Shown here: one piece after another, positions 11,538-25,129 of the stretch | Numbering within the stretch: the first letter of the stretch is position 1 | How the letters are laid out: each line of letters begins with the position of its first letter | Source of the DNA: Sphyrna mokarran | Lineage: Eukaryota | Direction: 5' to 3' | DNA: 64,000 nucleotides | Assembly (NCBI GenBank): GCA_024679065.1 | Contig: JAGIQG010000009.1 | Coordinates: 81,220,001-81,284,000 of the forward strand | The notes under the pieces: model-generated | Told to the model about the DNA's origin: nothing | The model's input: the letters and a program-made list of their open reading frames with translations, nothing else | The model's database searches: none | Position numbers and translations under genes: made by a program

Positions 11538-12299
11538 TCAACCACACTCTCTACAACATTGGCCTCAACTTTGACCCTGATCTGACCCACCACCCTCCTC
11601 ACCTCTGCCCTTCCCCTGTGACAAATCCTCCACATCACAAAGTTTACTCTGCTTGCTCTTTCCTCGATCCAAACTGGATGTTTTCACACTCTCCACATTG
11701 AATTCCATCTGCCATTGTCTTCAGACCCCATCACAAACTCTGTTCCCTCAACACTGATTCCATCCCTTCCCCTTTGGAGTGTCTGACACTGAACCACACA
11801 GTCCACAGCCATGGTGTCCTATTTGACCCTGAGATGACTTTCCCACCACATCATCCACTCCATCACTAAGAACATCTATTTCCACCTGGGGAACATCTCC
11901 CAAGTCCCCCATGCTTGACATCATCTTCTGCTGAAAATCTCATCTCTATCTTTGTTACCTTCTGAACATTACTGTTCCAATGCTGTCCTGGTCAACCTCA
12001 CACCTACCACCCTCTGTAATCATCACCTCATCCAGAACTCTGCTGCCCGGATCTGAACTCACACCAAATCCCGTTCACCCATCATCCCCTGTTCTCACTG
12101 ACCTACACTGACCTCCGGTCCAGCAATGCCCTGATTTTAACATTCTCATTCTGCCTCTCAAATCCCTCCGTACCCTGCACCCTCCCTATCTCTGTAACCT
12201 CCTCCAAGCTGCCTCATTTAGTGTGTTCTCAGTAATCTTGGATATATGACTCTCCATTTCTTCGTCCAAGTCATTGACAAATATTGTGAAAGGGTGAGG

Positions 12300-13712
12300 C
12301 TTCAGCCTATTTTCAAGAAGGGGAACAGGGATAGCCTGGGCAATTACTGACCAGTGAGTCTGATCTCAGTAGTTGGTAAGTTGATGGAGAGGATTCTGAG
12401 GGACAGGATTTATAAGCATTTAGAGAAGTTCAATATGATCAGAAAGAGTCAACACGGCTTTGTTAAGGGCAGATTGTGTCTTACAAGCCTAGTTGAGGTC
12501 TTTGAAAATGTGACTCAACACATTGATGAAGGAAGAGCAGTGGACGTAGTTCACATGGATATCAGCAAGGCGTTTGATAAGGTCCCCCATGCAACCCTTC
12601 TTGAGAAGGTGAGAGAGCATGGGATCCAAGGGGCTTTGGCCTTCTGGATCTAGAACTGGCTTCCCGGCAGAAGGCAAAGAGTAGTAGTGGATGAGTCTTT
12701 TGCATGGAGGTCAGTCACCAATGGAGTGCTCCAGGGATCTGTTCTAGGACCCTTGCTGTTTGTCATTTTCATAAATGACCTGGATGAGGAAGTGGAGGGA
12801 TTGGTTTAGTAAGCTCGCCGACAATATGAAGGTTGGTGGTGTTGTAGATAGTCTGGAGGGATATCTGAAGTTGCAGCGAGACATAGATAGGATGCAAGAC
12901 TGAGCGGAGAAGTGGCAGATGGGACTTCGACGCGGATAAATGTGTGGTGGCCAATTTTGGCAGGACCAATGGGATGAAGGAGTATAATATCAAGGGTAGT
13001 AGTCTTGGCAAAAGGATCTTGGGGTCTGGGTCCATAGGACTCTTAAATCTGCCTCACAAATGGAGGATGTGGTCAGCAAGGCATATGGTGTACTGGCCTT
13101 TATTAATCGAGGGATTGAGTTTAGGAGTCGGGAGGCAATGCTGCAACTTCATAAAACCCTTGTCAGACCCTACTTGGAGTATTGTGTGCGGTTCTGGTCG
13201 CCTCACTATAGGAAGAATGTGGAAGATATTGAGAGGGTGCAGAGGAGATTTACAGGGATGTTGCCTGGATTGGGGGGCATGCCTTATGAAGATAGGTTGA
13301 GAGAGCTAGGTCTCTTTTTCCTGGAGAGACGAAGGTTGAGAGGTGACCTCATAGAGGTTTTTAAGATGTTGAGAAGAATGGATAGAGTGGATTCTCAGAG
13401 GCTATTGCCCAGGGCTGAAATGGTCACTACGAGAGGACACAGGTTTAAGGTGCTGGGGGGCAAGTAGAGAGAAGATGTTAGAGGTAAGTTTTTCACTCAG
13501 AGGGTGGTGAGTGAATGGAATTGGCTGCCGTCAGTGATAGTAGAGGCGAACTCGCTGGGGTCTTTTAAGAGACTTCTGGATGATTACATGAGACTTAATG
13601 GGATTGGGAGTTCCAGATAGTTCTACGGCCCGGTAGGTACTGATATGATCGGCACAACTTGTGGGCCGAAGGGCCTGTTTGTGCTGTAGTGTTCTGTGTT
13701 TTATGTTATGTT
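12300..13712 (+). mobile_element. 5'-truncated CR1 LINE (RT and 3' end), unit-1 specific
   Basis: QHGFVKGR, DISKAFDKVPH and LVRPYLEYC motifs; ends in a tgttctgtgttttatgttatgttc tail. Confidence 0.9.
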
Positions 13713-14040
13713 CAGCACAGATCCCTGGGGACATCACTATTCACAGCTTGCTGATTGGACAACACACATTATCCCTACTCTCTGTCTCCTATCTCTGAAA
13801 CAATTCCTTATTCATGGCAAAAGCTTTCTTCTAATTCCATACTTTATTCACAGCCTCTTGTGTGGCACCTTCCCAAATGTCTTTTGCCAATGCTTAGAAA
13901 TAATATCCAGAGACAATCCCTTACTGAGGACATTAGTGGCTAAACAGCATCTATTTCAATATAAGGAGCCTGTCTGGTCAGGCAGATGAACTTAGAGAGT
14001 TGGTCGGCATGAGGAAATATGAGATTGTTGTAATCACTAA

Positions 14041-17000
14041 GAGGAGAGCATCACGGCGGTGCAGAGGGAGGACAATACAGAGGAGTTAGGAGTGGAGTCA
14101 CTGTGGGTGGAGTTGAAGAATAGAAAGGGGGTGATTACTTTGCTAGGGGTGTATTATAGGCCACCCCACAGCCCGCGGGTAGTTGAAGAAGGCATATGTA
14201 AAGACATTTTGGATAGGTGCAGAAAGAACAGAGTCGTTATAGTGGGAGTTTTTAATCTCCCAAGGGTGGATTGGAAAGTACCGAGAGCTGGGGTTTTGGA
14301 CGGGCAGGAATTTGTAAAATGTGTACTGGAAGGATCGTTGGAGCAGTATGTGGCTAGCCCGACTGGAGAAGGGGCTATATTGGATTTAGTTCTGAGTAGT
14401 GAGCCAGGGCAGGTGGTTGATGTTGTAGTAGGGGAACATGTGGCTAACAGTGACCACAATTCTGTCCCCTTTAGGGTACAGATAGAAAAGGATGCAAGTT
14501 GCCCTAGGGGCAGGGTGCTGAATTGGGGGAAGGCTAACTATGGTCTTATTAGACAGGAACTTACGGAAACTGATTGGGAACGGTTGTTTGAGGGTAAGTT
14601 CACGCTAGGCATGTGGGACTCTTTCAAGGGAATACTGAAAATGTTGCAAGATAGATATGTGCCAGCTAAGAGGAAAGATGGGAAAGGTAGGATAAGAGAG
14701 CCGTGGATTACTAGGGATACTGAGGACTTGGTTAGGAAGAAAAGAGAGGTGTATGATAGGTCAAAGCAGCTGGGAACGGAGACAGCGTTGGAGGAGTATA
14801 GAGAGAGCAGGAGGGGGCTCAAACAGGGAGTTAGAAGGGCAAAAAGGGGCATGAAATGATCTTGGCGGATAGGATTAAGGAAAATACAAAGGCTTTTTAC
14901 TCCTATGTTAGGAATAAAAGAGTGGTTAGAGGAAAAATCAGACCTCTTAGGGACAGAGGAGAGGAACTGTGCTTAGAGCCTGAGGGAATGGCGGAGATCC
15001 TGAATGAATAATTTGCATCGGTATTCACAAAGGAGAGGGGCCAGTTGACAGCTCCTATCTCTGAGGGAGCTGTGGACCAGTTGAGGGAAATTTCCATACC
15101 AAGGAGGAAGTGTTAGAGCTTCTAGGTAGCATTAAAACTGATAAATCTCCGGGGCCTGATGGCATTTGTCTCAGGCTGCTGAGGGAGGTGTGTGGTGAAA
15201 TTGCTGGGCCTCTGATACAAATCTTTGTCTCTTCTTTGAACACAGGTGAGGTCCCAGAGGACTGGAGAATAGCTAATGTTGTATCGTTGTTTAAAAAGGG
15301 TAGTAGGGATAACCCTGGGAATTATAGGCTGGTGAGTTTGACGTCAGTGGTAGGGAAGTTGTTGGAGGGGATTCTTAGAGATAAGATGTACAGGCACTTA
15401 GAGCGTTGTGATCTGATTAGGGATACGCAACATGGATTTGTTAAGGGGAGGTCACGCCTTACATATCTGGTAGAATTTTTTGAGGAGGTGATGAAAACGG
15501 TGGACGAAAGGTGAGCCGTTGATGTCGTTTATATGGATTTTAGTAAGGCGTTTGACAAAGTCCCTCATGGGAGGTTAGTTGAGAAGGTCAAGGCAAAGGG
15601 GATACAAGGACAGGTAGTTAGCTGGATAAGTAACTAGCTTAGTAATAGGAGACAGAGAGTAATAGTGGAAGGGTGTTTTTCTAACTGGATGTCGGTCACT
15701 AGCAGTGTGCCGCAGGGCTCGATACTGGGACCTCTTCTATTTGTAAAATATATAAATGACTTGGAAGAGGGAGTAAGTGGAGTGATCAGCAAGTCTGCAG
15801 ACGATACAAAGATGGCTGGACTTGCGGATAGTGAGGAGCATTGTCAGGCGATACAGCAGGACATAGATAGGCTGGTGGCTTGGGCAGATAGATGGCAGAT
15901 GGAATTCAATCCTGATAAATATGAGGTGATGCATTTCAGGAGAAAGAATGTAGTGGGGAAGTATATGATAAAGGGTAGACCTATTAAGAGTATAGAAACG
16001 CGGAGGGACCTGGGGGTGCAGGTGAACAACTCTCTGAAGGTGGCAGAGCAAGTGGAGAAGGTTGTGACGAAAGCATATAGTATGTTAGCCTTTATAGGAA
16101 GGGGTATAGAGTACAAGAGCTGGCCTTTAATGTTGCAGTTGTATAAAACGTTGGGTAGGCCTCATTTGGAATACAGCGTCTAGTTCTGGACACCTTACTA
16201 CCGGAACGACGTGGAGACTCTGGAGAGAATGCAGAGGAGGTTTACCAGGATGCTGCCTGGTATGGAAGGTCTGAGTTACGAGGAGAGGTTAGGAAAATTG
16301 GGACTGTTTTCCTGAGAAAGACATAGACTTAGAGGAGATCTAATAGAGGTGTACAAGATTATGAGGGGCATAGATAGAGTAAACAGGGTAAAGCTTTTTC
16401 CTAGGATGGAGTCAAATAGCACGAGGGGTCACGGGGTTAGGGTGAGGGGGGGTAAGGTATAATTTGGATGCTAGAGGGAGTTTTTTCACACAGAGGTTGG
16501 TGGGGGTATGGAATGCACTACCAAGTAAAGTGGTGGAGGCAGGTACTCTGGAGTTATTTAAGAAAGACTTAGATGGGCACATGAACAGAATGGGAATGGA
16601 GGGGTTTAGAAAACTGATTTAAAATAGGAATCATGAGCCTTGGGAGTCCCTGGGAAGTATGTAAATAGATGATGATATTGATGTACTTGTTTTTATCCGA
16701 CAGGTGCGTTGGTCCACCTTGTTGTCTGACAAGGGGCATACACGTGATGGGTCGTGAGAGGGCTGCTCTTGGATTTTTTTTCCGAGAGTATCCTAGTACA
16801 TCGTTAGTGTACGCTTGACCTGGACCATTTGATGGGCAACTCGACAGCTCAGTGACAATTGCTGTGCTGTGCAAATACCTGTGTCTGTGGGAGTTTGTGC
16901 ATTCTCCCCGTGCTTGTGTGGGTTTTCTCCGGGTGCTCCGGTTTCCTCCCACATCCCAAAGATGTGCTCTTAGGCTAATTGGCAAAACAAATTCTCTCTA

Positions 17001-17141
17001 AATTGTCTCAAATTTGGTTTTTAATCCATAGATCTATAAACATAGACAGAGATCACGGGTAGAGGTGGGAACATCGGGGTGGCGGCGCTGGCTCGTTGGG
17101 CCGAAGGGCCTGTTTCCCATGCTGTTGTGTTCTTTGTTCTT
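14041..17141 (+). mobile_element. CR1 LINE (endonuclease and RT, disrupted) with an extended SINE-containing 3' region, inserted into an older CR1
   Basis: ORFs 14059-14859 (GVYYRPP, SDHN), 15110-15514 and 15665-16183. The empty site is seen at about 40983-40990. Confidence 0.88.
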
Positions 17142-17999
17142 TGAGACATGGTTGAACGAAGGACAAGATTGGAATCTCGATATTCCAGGGTATAGAAATT
17201 CCAGGCAGGATGGGGAAAGGGGTGTGTAAGTTCGGAAGGGATATTGATTTATTGATTAAAGAGCCCAAGCCTGCAGTAATGAGGGAGAGATATTGGAATG
17301 CTCTTCAAATGAGGTCATATGATGGAGCTGAGAAATATAAAGAGCAATCATTGTATGGGATTATAGCACAGCCCTCCCAACACTCAGAGGGAGGTAGAGG
17401 AGCAGATATGTAGGCAAATCACAGAGAGAGACATGAGAGGAATTAGGATATAATAGTCGGGGATTTTAACTTCACCAATATTAATAGAATCACTTTAGTC
17501 TGAAAAGATTAAACAGGGTGGAATTTTAGAAGTGATTCCAGGAGAGCTTTTTCTGTCAGTAGATAGATAATCCAACTCAGGATGGCCCGTGCTCGACCTA
17601 ATCGTTAGGAATGAATCCGGGCAAGTTGTTGAAGTGTCGGTGGGGTGAGCATTTTGGGGATGGGGTAGGTGAACAGAGCAATGAAGCATGGAATTTAATC
17701 CTGATAAGTGTGAGGTGCTGTATTTTGGGAGATTTAGTAAGGGTAGGATATACACAATGAACGGTGGGTCCCGAGGGAGAATTGAAGAATAAAGGGACTT
17801 TGGTTTACAAATCTATGGATCCCTGAAGGTTGCATTACAGAGAGAGAGTGCGATGAAGAAGGCAATTGGAATGCTTGCCTTCATTAGCTGGGGTTGGAAT
17901 ATGGGAGCAGGTAAATGGGATGAGTATAGATTGGTATTGGATGGTCAGCATAGACATGGTGGGCCGAAGGGCCTGATTCTGTGCTGTGTAACTCTATGA

Positions 18000-20826
18000 C
18001 ACAAAATGGACTTGGAGCAATTCTATCCCATAGACTGGAGGATGGAATGGAGAGGCTAAATTCATTTGCTTTGAGGACTTTGTCAGACGTTGAGAAAATT
18101 TCCTCACAAATTGACATAGAAAGCCCAGCAGTTATCCACACAGTGAAAAATTTCACCAATATGTCTATGGGCGGCATTTCACCATCGTGTCAGACCATAA
18201 GCCATTGTTGGGACTTTTCCAGGACATTAAGCCAGTGCCACCTATTGCCTCTGCCAAGGTGCAGAGATGGGCATTGCTGCTGGCACTAAACAGCTAAACC
18301 TTCCAGCATAGGCCGGGAAAACCGATCTCAAATGCAGATGCATTGAGCCGCCTGCCGCTACCACAGACCATACCGTCACCGCCTGTTCCACAGGAGATAG
18401 TATTGGCTCTGCATTATTTGGATACCCTGCCTGTTTCAGCAGCCCACATTCAGATGTGGACAGATAGGGAGCTGGTGTTAGCAAAGGACAAGAAAATGGT
18501 ACTGACCGGGTGGCACTTTGACAAGGCAGAGCAAATGAAGCTGTATTTACATTGCAGGGACCAGATACCCTGTGAAGAGGGGTATCAGTTTCATAGAACA
18601 TAGAACATAGAACATTACAGCGCAGAACAGGCCCTTCGGCCCTCGATGTTGCGCCGACCAATTAGGAACAAGCAGTGACTCTCTAACCTAAACCATTCCC
18701 TTTTCATCCATAAACTTATCTACTAACCTCTTAAATGCCACCAAACTTAGCGCATTTACAACTGACGCAGGCAAGGCATTCCATACCCTTATCACCCTCT
18801 GGGTAAAGAACGTACCTCTAACATTGTCCTAAAACGACCACCCCTTAATTTAAAGCTATGTCCCCTCGTGCTAGCTTTCTCCATCCTAGGAAAAAGGCTA
18901 TCACTGTCCACCCTATCTAAACCTCTAATCATCTTATATGTTTCAATAAGGTCTCCTCTTAGCCACCTTCTTTCTAACGAAAACAACCTCAACTCTCTCA
19001 GCCTCTCTTCATAAGACCTGCTTCATACCAGGCAACATCCTGGTAAACCTCCTCTGTACCCTCTCCAATGCCTCCACATCTTTCTTATAATGCGGGGACC
19101 AGAACTGTACACAATACTCCAAGTGCGGCCGCATTAGAGTTTTGTACAGTTGCAACATGACGTTGCAGCTCCGAAATTCAATCCCCCTACCAATAAAAAC
19201 TAAGACTCCGTATGCCTTCTTAACAACGTTATCAACTTGATTGCCAGCTTTCAGGGATCTATGCACACATACACCAAGATCCCTCTGTTCATCAACACTA
19301 TTAAGAGTCCTACTATTAGCTCTATACTCTACACATTTGTTATTCCTGCCAAAGTGAATTACCTCACACTTTTCCACATTAAACTCCATTTGCCACCTCT
19401 CAGCCCAGCTCTGCAACTTGTCCAAATCTGTCTGCAAACTATAACACCCCTCTTCACTATCTACCACTCCTCCAACTTTGGTGTCACCCGCAAATTTAAT
19501 AATCCATCTTTCAATACCCTCATCCAGATCATTTATAAAAATTACAAACAGCAGGGGCCCCAAAACAGATCCCTGAGGTACACCACTAGTAACTGAACTC
19601 CATGATGAATATCTCTCATGAACCACCACCATAAATGTTCTATGTTCTATGGTCTTCCTGAAGTGTTGCTGTCAGACAACGGAGCAGCATTCACACTGAT
19701 GAATCTCAGACTTTGATCAAGCCTAATGACATTGGTCATGTCAGGCCAGCCCCCGACCATCCTGCCTCGAGTGGCTTGGTGGAGCGAGCCATGCTGATGT
19801 TCAAGGCTTCATGTGAAGCATGGACCACTGCCATTGCAATTGGCCAGTTATTTGCTGTCCTACAACACTATACCTCACACTATCACTGGGGTCATGTCGG
19901 GGTCACACCCGCAGCGTTATTAATGGGTCGGTGCCTATGTACCTGTTTGGATTTATTGTTCCCAAATTTGTTGGAGAGGATGGAGGCTCAGCGAGCCTCT
20001 CAGAAAGGGTATCGTGGCTTTCAGAAAGGGGACAGATTGTTTAATGATGGCAACCTCATGTTGAGAGGGAATTTGAATGGTGGACCCAGTTGTGGAGAAG
20101 GCAGGACCAGTCTCATATTTGGGGGAGACACAGGGCTGTGGAGCTAAGGAACATATTGGTTACCTACGCAAGAGATTAGAGCAAGCTCCAGGAGATGAGC
20201 AATTGGGCCCCGTAACCAGTTTGTGTGTACCAGCCTCTGAACAAGACAATTCCATGTCCATTGTGTGGCCAAGGCAGCGTCTGGCTTGGGTGGGTGAGGA
20301 AGAGAAAAGGAGCTGCCTAGGGCCTTGCTCCAGAGATGGTTAGCACATCCACCCCATCAGTGGATCCTGTATCGATGGCTGCTGAAGTGCCCCTGATAGA
20401 GTTGCAGCGTTCCGCAAGGTTCCAGAAATCTCTGGACCAGCTGACATTATGAACTGTCTTTCCCTGGTGTCCCTCCTGTAATATTGTTGTTTCTCTGCCT
20501 GTGTGTTAACTGTTGTACTTTTTGTTTGATCACAGGGAGTCCAAGATGTTCCAGGGGAAGGAGTGTGTGAGCCTGGCCCCTTTAAGGGGCAATCCTTCAC
20601 AGGCCACATGACCAGACCGGAGCCAATGGACTGTGAGGGTGTGGACCTGGGCCAATCGGGAGTGAGGGTGATCATTCCTGGGACTGGAGGCTTCAGTTGG
20701 AGTCAGGATGTTGTTGGTAATAGATCTGTCTGCTTGTGTTGTTAAACCCTTCATTGGAAATACTTCTTCTCATCAATAAAGCCTTTAGTGAGTTATTTCC
20801 AAATCCACTCTCCTCCACTTATTACA
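18000..20826 (+). mobile_element. Ty3/Gypsy LTR-retrotransposon remnant (RNase H/integrase) with probable 3' LTR at 20564-20826
   Basis: Integrase core LPEVLLSDNGAAFT and APDHPASSGLVERA; polypurine tract aggggaaggag (20553-20563) followed by a TG...ACA 263-bp segment containing AATAAA. Confidence 0.75.
18595..19651 (-). mobile_element. 5'-truncated CR1 inserted in the Gypsy remnant, unit-1 specific
   Basis: ORF 19009-19632 (GVPQGSVLGP, FAGDTK) and (catagaa)n tail; absent from the paralogous site at about 44538. Confidence 0.9.
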
Positions 20827-21464
20827 ATCAGCATCTCTACCACTTTGGATAGCAACAGTCTCTCAGAACATCAAATACACACACTAACTATTCAACTCCA
20901 ACAGTTTCACCAGCTGCTGTCACCCTCCCTACTTCCTTCCATTTATTCTGCATTCTCACCATCTCCCCTCCATTTCTCACTGAATCCTCCACTTTCCTGG
21001 TCTTTCCTGTGTCCAGGTTCACCTGCCCCCTTCCCCTTGGGATTGTTCCATTGCTTTGTTGCAGAAACATTCTGGTTGTGATCAGGGTTCTCTCCACTGC
21101 AACCCGAGACATTCGGTCTGGGCTAGTGTCGATGTTTAACATTCTGTCCCACCTTGGACTGAACACATAACCAGTGAGGGTCCGACCCACACGATGAGAG
21201 TTTGTCACCGTAAAGGAGTCAGGGATCCCGAATGCTGCCATATAACCTGTGTGGGATAATTATTCACTGGATTTAGCTGAGAGTTACATAATATTGGATG
21301 TTGTTTTGGAATAAAGGGAAATCTCAATGTTCAGGAAACATCGACGATTGAGAAGAAAGGGGGAGCTTCATGTAATAGTGTGTGTGTCCAGCCCTGAGTT
21401 CATGCATTTAGTTAAATGCATTGTTGTGTATTATAGAGTTTGTGTGTTTTGTTTTCTTTCTACA

Positions 21465-22340
21465 TATTGTAGATGGTCTGGAAGAATGTCTGAAGTTGCA
21501 GTGAGATGTAGATACGATGCAAGACTGGGAGCAGAAGTGGCAGATGGACTTCAACGCAGATAAATATGTGGTGGTCCATTTTGGCAGGTCCAATGGAATG
21601 AAAGAGTATAATATCAAGGGTAGGAGTCTTGGCAGTGTTGAGGAGCAGATGTATCTTGGGGTCTGGGTCCATAAGTCTGTTAAATCTGCCCTGAAGTGGA
21701 GGATGTGGTCAAGAAGGCATAAGGCGTACTGGCCTTCATTAATAGAGGAATTGACTTTAGGAGTCAGGAGGTAATGCTGCAACTTTATAAAACTCTTGTT
21801 AGACCCCACTTGGAGTATTGTGTGCAGTTCTGGTCACCTCACTATAGGAAGGATGTGGAAGTTATTGAGAGGGTGCAGAGGAGATTTACAAGGATGTTGC
21901 CTGGATTGGGGGGCATCCCTTATGAAGATAGGTTGAGAGATCGAGGTCTCTTTTCCCTGGAGAGACGAAGGTTGAGAGGAGACCTGATAGAGGTTTATAA
22001 GATGTTGAAAGGAATAGATAGAGTGGATTCTTGGATTTCCCAGGGATGAAATGGTCGCTTTGAGAGGACACAGGTTTAATGTGCTGGGGGGCAAGTATAG
22101 AGGAGATGTTAGAAGTAAGTTTTTCACTCAGAGGGTGATGAGTGAATGGAATCGGTTGGCGTCAGTGGTGGTAGAGGCAAACTCGCTGGGGTCTTTTAAG
22201 AGACTTCTGGATGAGTACACGGGATTTAATGTGATTGGGAGTTCCAGATATTTCTATGGCCTGGTAGGTATAGATATGATCGGCACAACTTATGGGCCGA
22301 AGAGCCTGTTTGTGCTGCAGTGTTCTATGTTCCACGTTCT
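21465..22340 (+). mobile_element. 5'-truncated CR1; paralogue at 46688-47552
   Basis: [17 protein letters not shown] and FTQRV motifs, tgttcta tail. Confidence 0.88.
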
Positions 22341-23059
22341 AGGAATGAATATTCTGTATTAATTATTCACACAAAGACTGGACTATTTCTCCCTGGTTCA
22401 CACACTTTTCTCACAGGATACTAAAGTGAAAATCTACACCACTGAGAACCAGTGTTCCATGTTCCCATTCTGAGCTTTGAGATCCTCTCACATTTAACAT
22501 CTGTGTGGGTCTTAACACCTCAAACAACATTCTATTCTCTCAAAAGTAACTCTGGAGATTGTTGCTGGGATTATAAAATGATTCCAGATCCATATAATTT
22601 TATTGTTGAGCTGCCTTCTTTAACCCTGCCACAAATTGCATCCATTAAACTTTTGGATTTATATTTTGGGAAGAGATAAACACATTTTAAACTCTTCTTT
22701 GAGCACAGAAGCTTTCAGCATTTGGATTTGTGTCAATTGTTGTCAAACCTTCAAAAATAAACATTTCCTGTTGAGAACATTATCAGGACCCAAACCTGAA
22801 CCTTTAAACTTTGTAAGAATTATAATTTCCACGATCAAAATTGAAACTCCCTCTTCCTGATGTGTGCAGCTTCGTATCCAGATTGAAATCCCACATGTTT
22901 ATTAACAGATATTCTTTATCTTCGATAACATCTTTGTATCTCAAAGGTCACTTGCTGAAAGGTCAGATTCTTATTGATCTGTGTGTCCATATCAGATCTC
23001 CTGTCCCCAAGTAGAAAATACCAGTGGTCCTGAAGGGGTTAAATCATTTTCCACAGAAT

Positions 23060-23375
23060 CCCTAACGTGCAGAAGGAGTCCATTTGGCCCATTGAATCTA
23101 CACCATCAACAATCCCATCCCACGTCCTATCCCTACGACCCCACACATTTACCTCACTAATCTCTCTCACCTCCACATCCTGGGACATGAAGGGACAATT
23201 TAGCATGGCCAATCAACCTAACCCACACATCTTTGACTGTAGAAGAAATCTGGAGTACCCAAAGAAAATCCGTGCGTTTACGGGGAGAATGCGCAAACTT
23301 CACAGTGATCGAAACCGGGAATCAAGCCCAGGTCCTTGGAGCTGTTATACAGCAGTGTTAACCACTGTGCCTAAA
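23060..23375 (-). mobile_element. tRNA-derived SINE, antisense; paralogue at 52612-52922
   Basis: Reverse complement of the V-SINE-like body (gggagaatgcgcaaact..., aaccactgtgcc). Confidence 0.75.
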
Positions 23376-23929
23376 CCACAGTGGTTAACTGTGGTTCTAA
23401 ACCACGACTATGGTGTGGGAATAAAAATCTTCTTAATGTTGCTGGCAATGTTGTTCCATTTGTGATTCTCTGGAAATAAAAACACAAGGTCCATTCTGCT
23501 CGAGGGGGGAATGGATTCAGCAATCTGAAAATTTAAGTTGTTGTTGCAAAGAGTTCACTCTGGCCCCGATTTTACAAATTGGAGCCTAAGGCCCGGATCC
23601 AGGAATAATACCGATCCGAGCCCGGAATTGTCACTGCAGCGAGCCCATACGCTTATTATATATATTTTGAAATAATGCAGCATCTTCTTTGCGCTGCCTA
23701 ATTATCTATGGGAAAGGTAATTAAACTACAGTGTCCTAGTGAGCAATTAGTGAGCTGTTTGTCCCTGTAACCATGAGCCAGGTGCTTAAATGTTTAGTCA
23801 TGTGGTGAACTTGGAAGAATTGTCCCCGTGGTGGAACTTGGTTGGAAATAAGATTTAAGGAGATTATTAAATCTGGGAAATCAACCACAGTGAAAAGAAG
23901 TTTGTATTGGCAACTCTTCTCTCACATTC

Positions 23930-24784
23930 CATGGCAGATGTGTCCCTACTTATGAATGTGATTTGCACGGACAACGTTGGGTGCAGCTAATCTGCCTCTG
24001 GAACAGCCTTGGATCCTTTCGTTCTTCTTTTCATCTGAACATTGCACAGAATTAGAGGAATTCCCTTTGGAAAATAATGTCAAAATTATAATGGCAGGAA
24101 CTAAAAACCCAACAGTCAAAAATTTGGGAAAATATTTTAAAATATGGATGGGGGGATATATATTTTGAAATATTTTCCCAAAGACTGTCAGATTGGAAGA
24201 TTGAAATGTAACCAACAGAGGAAGTGAAAGAAGCAGCCGAATATTTGTTACTGAGACGGGAACAATTATTTGAACAACATTAAACTTTCAGACTCAAAAG
24301 AAATAAAAACACTAGCAGTGGAGGGGGTGGGAGGAATCTTGGAGACTGACACCGACAGGAACAATCTAAACAGCTGAAACTCCCATTTCCTCAGTCCCTG
24401 CCCGTCACTGCTGAGGAACTCCCCGAGGGGAACCCTCTCGCTCTGACACTCTCTCTCTCTCTCTCTGCTTCTGTCTTTCTCTCCTCTCTCTCACTCTCCC
24501 TCCTGGATGAAAGCTTAAATAACTTGCAGCAAATTAATTCATTTCCATCTTTCTAATTATTTGAAAAATTCACTGAGTGGCATTTTGAGTCCCCAATCTA
24601 AATTTTTCCCTCTCACTCACTGCACCTGACACCAGGAAATGGTCAATACTGTTTTACTGTACCAGTTCGAGCAGCTGGATGTTTGTTACTGAGACGGGAG
24701 AAAATGGTGAACCGTGTTCACTACCTCCAATCTCCCAGCACAGAAGGCACAGTGGGATACAGTCAGGAGGGAGTTATCCTGGGA
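23930..24784. promoter_or_regulatory. Candidate 3' enhancer downstream of C (cluster 2): octamer-like TGATTTGCAC 23959-23968, EICE 24218-24229, kB-type GGGGAGTTCC (minus) 24415-24424, E-box 24672-24677; paralogue at 54160-54997
   Basis: A cluster of B-cell factor motifs in mostly non-TE sequence 1.3-2.1 kb 3' of the C stop codon, conserved in cluster 3. Confidence 0.5.
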
Positions 24785-25129
24785 ATCCTCAACAACATTC
24801 CAGACTCCATGTAGTCTCTCGGTACCATGTCAAACACAGACAAGGAAACCTCCTCTGGTCACGACATACCGTCCCCCCCTCAGCTGATGAACCAGTTCTC
24901 CTCCGTGTTGAACACCACTTGGAGGAAGCACTGAGGGTGGGAAGGACACAGAATATACTCTGGGTGGGGAATTCAATGTCCATCACCAAGAGTTACTTGC
25001 TGAAACAATGGGAGTAGTGAGACCGTGTGAGAGGGGGAGGTGGTGAATATGGGATGGACAGCTGTGACTGAGGGCATTTAAAGACAAAATTGTAAATTAT
25101 GTTTATATGTTGAAATGCCCTGTTTGTGA

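Noticed and set aside
20340-21241. Mid-size ORFs repeated in both units (20340-20675, 20888-21241, 45388-45903)
   Set aside because: They are antisense or off-frame readings of LTR-element remnants and flank, with inconsistent stops or no recognisable domain.
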